Source of the DNA: an uncultured Chitinophaga sp.
GTDB lineage: Bacteria > Bacteroidota > Bacteroidia > NS11-12g > UBA955
Direction: 5' to 3'
Length of the DNA stretch: 64,000 nucleotides
Assembly: GCA_964438995.1 (NCBI GenBank)
Contig: CAYTMQ010000004.1
Span: 223,688 to 287,687, forward strand
In this document: in pieces, positions 59,699 to 64,000 of the stretch
Layout of the letters: every line of letters starts with the position of its first letter
How positions within the stretch are numbered: position 1 is the stretch's first letter
Notes under the pieces: generated by a model
Database searches by the model: none
Told to the model about the DNA's origin: nothing
The model's input: only the letters and a program-made list of their open reading frames with translations
Translations under genes and position numbers: made by a program

Positions 59699-62600
59699 TT
59701 AGTAGGATGTGTAATTAAAGTAAATTAATAATTGCGAAGTTTCAATGTTGTATTTTAGCTGTACATCTTGAAAATTCAATTTCTTCATTTCTGTTTCAAT
59801 ACTTGCACTTGTAAACGTAACCGAACCATCGCTTTTCAATGCATATAACAAACCATTGCTTAGCGTAACATCTAATATTAGAGTTCCAATAACGCTTGTC
59901 CCTCCTATTAGAATATTTTTACCAATAACTGGAACATCCTTACTTGCGCCTAAAATTGATTTTGGTAAAATGGCTTTAAAGGTATCAGCTACCAATCCCA
60001 CAAATGCGTTCATGTAGTTTTTGTCTAAATCGCTGTTGTATTTTGGTTTCTTTTCATAATAGCTATAATAACTATAATAGTTGTTGTAATATAGACTACT
60101 TTCAGGATTTAAATCCACATTAAAATCTTTGATATGTACCTTAAGTCCAGTGTTTCCAACCTGCGACCAAGGAAAGCAATACGGTTCAAAGCCCGAACTT
60201 ACATCTAACAACACATTGCTATTGTATCTAAGTTCATCTGACTTAAAATAGGCCAATGTTGGCACATCAGTATCCCAGTTTAACGAGTCTTTGCCACTAG
60301 GCATTTCCTTTAATAGATATTTAGAAAATTCTAAAGCCAGTATTTTTGTATCCAATCTCACATCCGTTTTAGATTTATCTGTTTCATCTACAGAAACAGA
60401 ACATCGCATTGGTGTATAGGTATCACCTATTTTTCTACATGGATTTAGTATCAATTGCAACTTATTATTTGCACCCATTGCCAACTTTAATGGCTTGAAA
60501 GTTATAATATCAAAAGTATAATTCAACCAATTTCTATTAGAGTTTGTATACAATCCACGGTAAAACAAATGGTCGTATTCTTCGGAGATAGGTGCATGAA
60601 ATTTAAAACTCCATTCTCTCACTTTCTCTAAATTTGCCAATCCGTTTAATAGAGGCACAAATGAAAATTTCGTGTTAAATGAATCGGAACAGAAACAAGA
60701 TGATGAGCCATAACTTATCACCAATCTTCCATTTTTGTACTGGTTAATTTTTAACACATTTCCTAATGAATCTTTAGAGACCCACTCACCTTCATTTTTT
60801 CCAGATGTCATTAAACCAGTGTACTTGGTCTTCCCATTTTCCCAATAATAATATTGACGGCCATTCAACTCTCCATTTTTATACTTTAATATTGATGCTA
60901 CTCTACCAAATGAATCATAGCGCATTTCAACACTATCTTTCAATCCATTTGCATAAAAACTTTTACTTTCCAGAACACCGTTCGGATAATATTGATAAGC
61001 CCAACCTATTGTTTTACCAGTATCTGAGGTATATACATTACGCAATTGCCCATTTTTATGCCAATACTTTTGTTCGCCATGTGATATAAAGTATGAATTG
61101 TTTTTTAGTCGCCAGTTAAGGTACTTGTTATAACTATTCAATACACCATTTTCATATCTTTTAGATGCTATTAAAATAGTCGAATCACTGTACAAACTCC
61201 ATTCTTCCATTTTATGTGTCGTATAATTCCAAGTTGCTTTAACCCCAATTCTTTTCCCGTTTTTCGAAGTTGCATAGTTCAATGTATCACCATTACTGGC
61301 AAAATATATGATGGTGTCTAAAGCATTTATTTTGTTTTGAACAATTTTAAGAGCAAGCTTTCCATTTTGATGAAAGGCCTTGATATCACCAGTTAAAAGT
61401 TTACCGTCATAGCTAGCCAATAAAAGTGTTTTATTTCCATCTAAACCAACTCTTAAATACTTTTCACCATCAATCTCTAGACTGTCCTTTAACTTTAAGT
61501 CTTTTGAATTTTTATACGATTCATACAGTTCTTTAACAGAGTATTCATTTAATGCACCACTAAAATGGATTATCTCTCCATCAGAATCCCACAAAGCTTC
61601 TAATGTGGTTTCATAACGAGAATCTTCGTAATCTTTGATGCTTTTTAAGCGACCATTCATGTAATACTCCAATTGTCTACCAATATATTTCTCTTCAGAG
61701 ATGATATAACACTTATTCATATTGCCATTGGGAAAATAGTGGTATTCTAATCTAAAAGCCTCGCTATAACTTCCATAAGAGGAGTTGACGATTGGATTGA
61801 TTAAAAACACTTCCTTTTTCAAAGCGCCATTGCTCCAATAAGTTGTATAATATTTATTAAATCTATTTTTATCTAAAATGTTGATGCTACTTAACTGTCC
61901 GAGTTCGTTGTAATGTTCTTGCAAATATCTTCGAGAGGTATCATTTGGCAATTGCAATATGGACTCTTTAAATTTTATATTGCCTTGATAATCCCATTCT
62001 ATTTTATCACCACATACAACATTGTTACAATATTTCGTGAAGGATGACATTCGTCCATTTTTATGTCTGCTAATCCAAACGCCTTCCCTTTTACCTTCGT
62101 TGTACCAACCACTATCATTTATTACACCATCCTCAAAATATTTGATATACAACCCATGTAAATTTGTTGCCCCAGTTTTAGAATCAATTTTATAGGTCTG
62201 ATGTGAAACCAACTGACCGTTTGTATAATAACTGATATAGTCAATCACTTTCCCATTGTCGTAAGTACTAATTCTATTTGGCTTCTTATCTGGATGGTAT
62301 TCCTCAAATTTCCCATGCTTAACACCATCTTTGTAAAACCCTTTTTCTTTTATGTTGCCATCGTTGTAGTTCTCTAAAAAAAGTCCGTCATACACAGAAT
62401 TGTATTGACCAATATTTGAATTCGAATAGTATTTTTTACGATCTATTTCCTTTGGTTTTCCATAGTGCTTTTCAAATGCCAAGGTAGAATTCTCATACCA
62501 TTTTTTGCATACTCCCATATATGCACCCATGTTGTAATTGAAGTCTTCATGCGGCTTACCACTTTCAAACCAGGTTTTATATGTCCCATGTAATACATTT

Positions 62601-63283
62601 CTTTTATAATGAATCTCGTATTTCTTAGTGCCATTCAAATAATACTCTTCTTGTTTACCATCTTTAAAACTGATCAATTTTCTATAATACTTATCATCTG
62701 ATGAATCAACTATAAAATTTAAATTAGATTTCAATTTACCGCTTTCAAACCATGCTTTATTATTGCCTATTTGCAGACCTTGTTTATAATGGTACTCGCT
62801 TTTCTTTTTGCCATTTTGAAAGTACACAATCCATTTACCAAATTGTTGACCTTTCTCATACTGACCCTCACTCTCTACGCTACCATCAGCAAAATAATGT
62901 ATCGATTTTCCATGTTTATAATTGATAGGCGGATCGTTTAATGTTTCATAATGATCAACGCTCTTTAGCTGACCACTTTTATACCACTCTTTATACAAAA
63001 CAAGGAAATCATTGTGGTACAATTCTTCTCTATTGACTTGGTCGTTTTCAAAAAAATACCTTGATATGCCTTCTTTTTTTCGATACTTAAATACCAAAAC
63101 AGAATACTTATTACCATTAGAATTGTAAAATGTGATGGTACTGTCAATACCGTTGTAAACCGAAATCGAATTGATTCTTTTATACCTCCATGATGTATCG
63201 CTTTTAAACTCTTGAGCTTTTAAGACACTAATAAGAGAACAAAAAACTAGTGTAAAGAAAATCTTTAGTTTCATTTGAAACAA
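59699..63283 (-). CDS. 1194-aa secreted protein with about 880 aa of MORN-variant (YwqK-type) repeats and a C-terminal region of about 300 aa of unknown function
   Basis: Signal ...ISVLKAQ; many units of the type GKWIVYFQNGKKKSEYHYKQG / WYENG.LK.EG.Y.NGK..G; no T9SS sorting domain recognisable at the C-terminus. Confidence 0.7.
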   Translation of the reverse strand: MFQMKLKIFFTLVFCSLISVLKAQEFKSDTSWRYKRINSISVYNGIDSTITFYNSNGNKYSVLVFKYRKKEGISRYFFENDQVNREELYHNDFLVLYKEWYKSGQLKSVDHYETLNDPPINYKHGKSIHYFADGSVESEGQYEKGQQFGKWIVYFQNGKKKSEYHYKQGLQIGNNKAWFESGKLKSNLNFIVDSSDDKYYRKLISFKDGKQEEYYLNGTKKYEIHYKRNVLHGTYKTWFESGKPHEDFNYNMGAYMGVCKKWYENSTLAFEKHYGKPKEIDRKKYYSNSNIGQYNSVYDGLFLENYNDGNIKEKGFYKDGVKHGKFEEYHPDKKPNRISTYDNGKVIDYISYYTNGQLVSHQTYKIDSKTGATNLHGLYIKYFEDGVINDSGWYNEGKREGVWISRHKNGRMSSFTKYCNNVVCGDKIEWDYQGNIKFKESILQLPNDTSRRYLQEHYNELGQLSSINILDKNRFNKYYTTYWSNGALKKEVFLINPIVNSSYGSYSEAFRLEYHYFPNGNMNKCYIISEEKYIGRQLEYYMNGRLKSIKDYEDSRYETTLEALWDSDGEIIHFSGALNEYSVKELYESYKNSKDLKLKDSLEIDGEKYLRVGLDGNKTLLLASYDGKLLTGDIKAFHQNGKLALKIVQNKINALDTIIYFASNGDTLNYATSKNGKRIGVKATWNYTTHKMEEWSLYSDSTILIASKRYENGVLNSYNKYLNWRLKNNSYFISHGEQKYWHKNGQLRNVYTSDTGKTIGWAYQYYPNGVLESKSFYANGLKDSVEMRYDSFGRVASILKYKNGELNGRQYYYWENGKTKYTGLMTSGKNEGEWVSKDSLGNVLKINQYKNGRLVISYGSSSCFCSDSFNTKFSFVPLLNGLANLEKVREWSFKFHAPISEEYDHLFYRGLYTNSNRNWLNYTFDIITFKPLKLAMGANNKLQLILNPCRKIGDTYTPMRCSVSVDETDKSKTDVRLDTKILALEFSKYLLKEMPSGKDSLNWDTDVPTLAYFKSDELRYNSNVLLDVSSGFEPYCFPWSQVGNTGLKVHIKDFNVDLNPESSLYYNNYYSYYSYYEKKPKYNSDLDKNYMNAFVGLVADTFKAILPKSILGASKDVPVIGKNILIGGTSVIGTLILDVTLSNGLLYALKSDGSVTFTSASIETEMKKLNFQDVQLKYNIETSQLLIYFNYTSY

Positions 63284-63374
63284 ATATACTGTTTTTTAAA
63301 ATAAGGTAGTTTTATAGTTATACTAAGATTTTAATTCTATCAAAATTGAAATTTTTAACCTGTTGTGAGTTTTT

Positions 63375-63684
63375 TTCGGTAATCCCACGCCTGAGGCGGA
63401 TTTGCTTCGATTCGGTTCGGTTCGGTAGCCCCCGCCAAAGGCGGACATGCTTCGACAGCGTCGAGGGTAAAAGATAGAAAAGATTCAGCAGCCGTGCTGC
63501 TCTAATAATTTATTCATGTTTATAGTAATGAAAATATTTCATTCTTTTTTTTTAACCACAGAGGTCACAAAGGTTTTCAAGGAGAGCACAGAGGATACAC
63601 CTCTGCCAAAGATGGCAGCGCGGCTGCGATTCTCGCGAGATCATCTATCCCTCGACGCTGTCTTCGGGCTACCGAACATTCCGG
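63375..63684. mobile_element. full-length family-1 MITE-like element with about 36-bp TIRs
   Basis: Left ...ttcggtagcccccgccaaaggcggacatgcttcgacagcgtcgaggg; right ccctcgacgctgtcttcgggctaccgaacattccgg (= reverse complement of the left end at 57637); no ORF inside. Confidence 0.7.
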
Positions 63685-63807
63685 AAATAACAGATTTAAA
63701 TTTCCATAACCCAACATATGATCATAAAAAAAAGTAATTACCAACTCTAGTGTTATATCAAATTATTAATAAAATATCTATAAGAAAGAAAGAAAGAAAT
63801 GTTAAAT

Positions 63808-64000
63808 GAAACGGAATGTGCGCGTTGAGTCCACGGAACTTAGCGAGGCGATCTCACGAACGAAGTGAGTATCCGTAGAATTTCAATAATGACAGTCCGA
63901 CTGAGTCGGAAAAGACTTGCAGCGGGAAGACATTGTTGAAATTTTGACCCGTGGTGGGTTTTTTGCCTACTTTTTGACCAAACAAAAAGTTGGTGCCACC
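63808..64000 (-). repeat. family-2 repeat copy 3, inverted relative to copy 2 and truncated by the window end
   Basis: Reverse complement of ...ggtggcaccaactttttgtttggtcaaaaagtaggcaaaaaacccaccacgggtcaaaatttcaa... The central segment is replaced by different palindromes (ccgactcagtcgg; ctcacttcgttcgtgag). Confidence 0.8.

Noticed and set aside
63405-63425. tRNA-like T-loop string (ttcgattcggttcgg)
   Set aside because: No acceptor, anticodon or D-arm can be built. The string is part of the family-1 repeat and recurs at 24386.

Overview
This is a low-GC (roughly one-third G+C by eye), gene-dense chromosomal segment that looks Bacteroidota-like. I infer the phylum from several type IX secretion (T9SS) C-terminal sorting domains, a PorQ/PorV-like barrel, a TonB-dependent receptor paired with a DUF4249 lipoprotein, a nusB-DUF1573-yajC-coaE operon and TAnnTTTG -7 promoter boxes. 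I did not run any taxonomy search.

Recognisable housekeeping genes:
- oppC/dppC-like permease (5' partial)
- lon
- trkA-like
- pdxJ
- coaE
- yajC
- nusB
- recG
- rpsA, with a long N-terminal extension and a C-terminal helix-hairpin-helix tail
- relA/spoT
- fur and purA (overlapping)
- a GT2 glycosyltransferase and a SAM-dependent methyltransferase

Accessory content:
- Four large T9SS cargo proteins: a PKD-rich protein, a GEVED/DUF5011 protein, an ELWxxDG-repeat protein, and two tandem paralogs with a W-rich YD-like repeat.
- A two-gene operon of a 1194-aa MORN-variant repeat protein plus a 620-aa YD-like repeat protein.
- A hicA/hicB toxin-antitoxin pair.
- A TPR histidine kinase with a LuxR response regulator, plus Crp/Fnr, LytTR and PadR regulators.
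- Two paralogous small lipoproteins with a CXnCH motif (PSCyt1-like).

I found no rRNA, tRNA, CRISPR array, reverse transcriptase, transposase or integrase by eye.

The most unusual signals are non-coding. Family 1 is a GC-rich MITE-like repeat with about 36-bp terminal inverted repeats and at least 6 copies or fragments. Family 2 is a roughly 190-bp palindromic GC-rich repeat with 3 copies and 1 fragment. Most copies sit at 55.9-64.0 kb. Inverted family-2 copies bracket the MORN/YD operon, and another family-2 copy is inserted into a bidirectional terminator with a 49-bp duplication at 42.2-42.7 kb. All family assignments come from motif recognition by eye, with no database searches.
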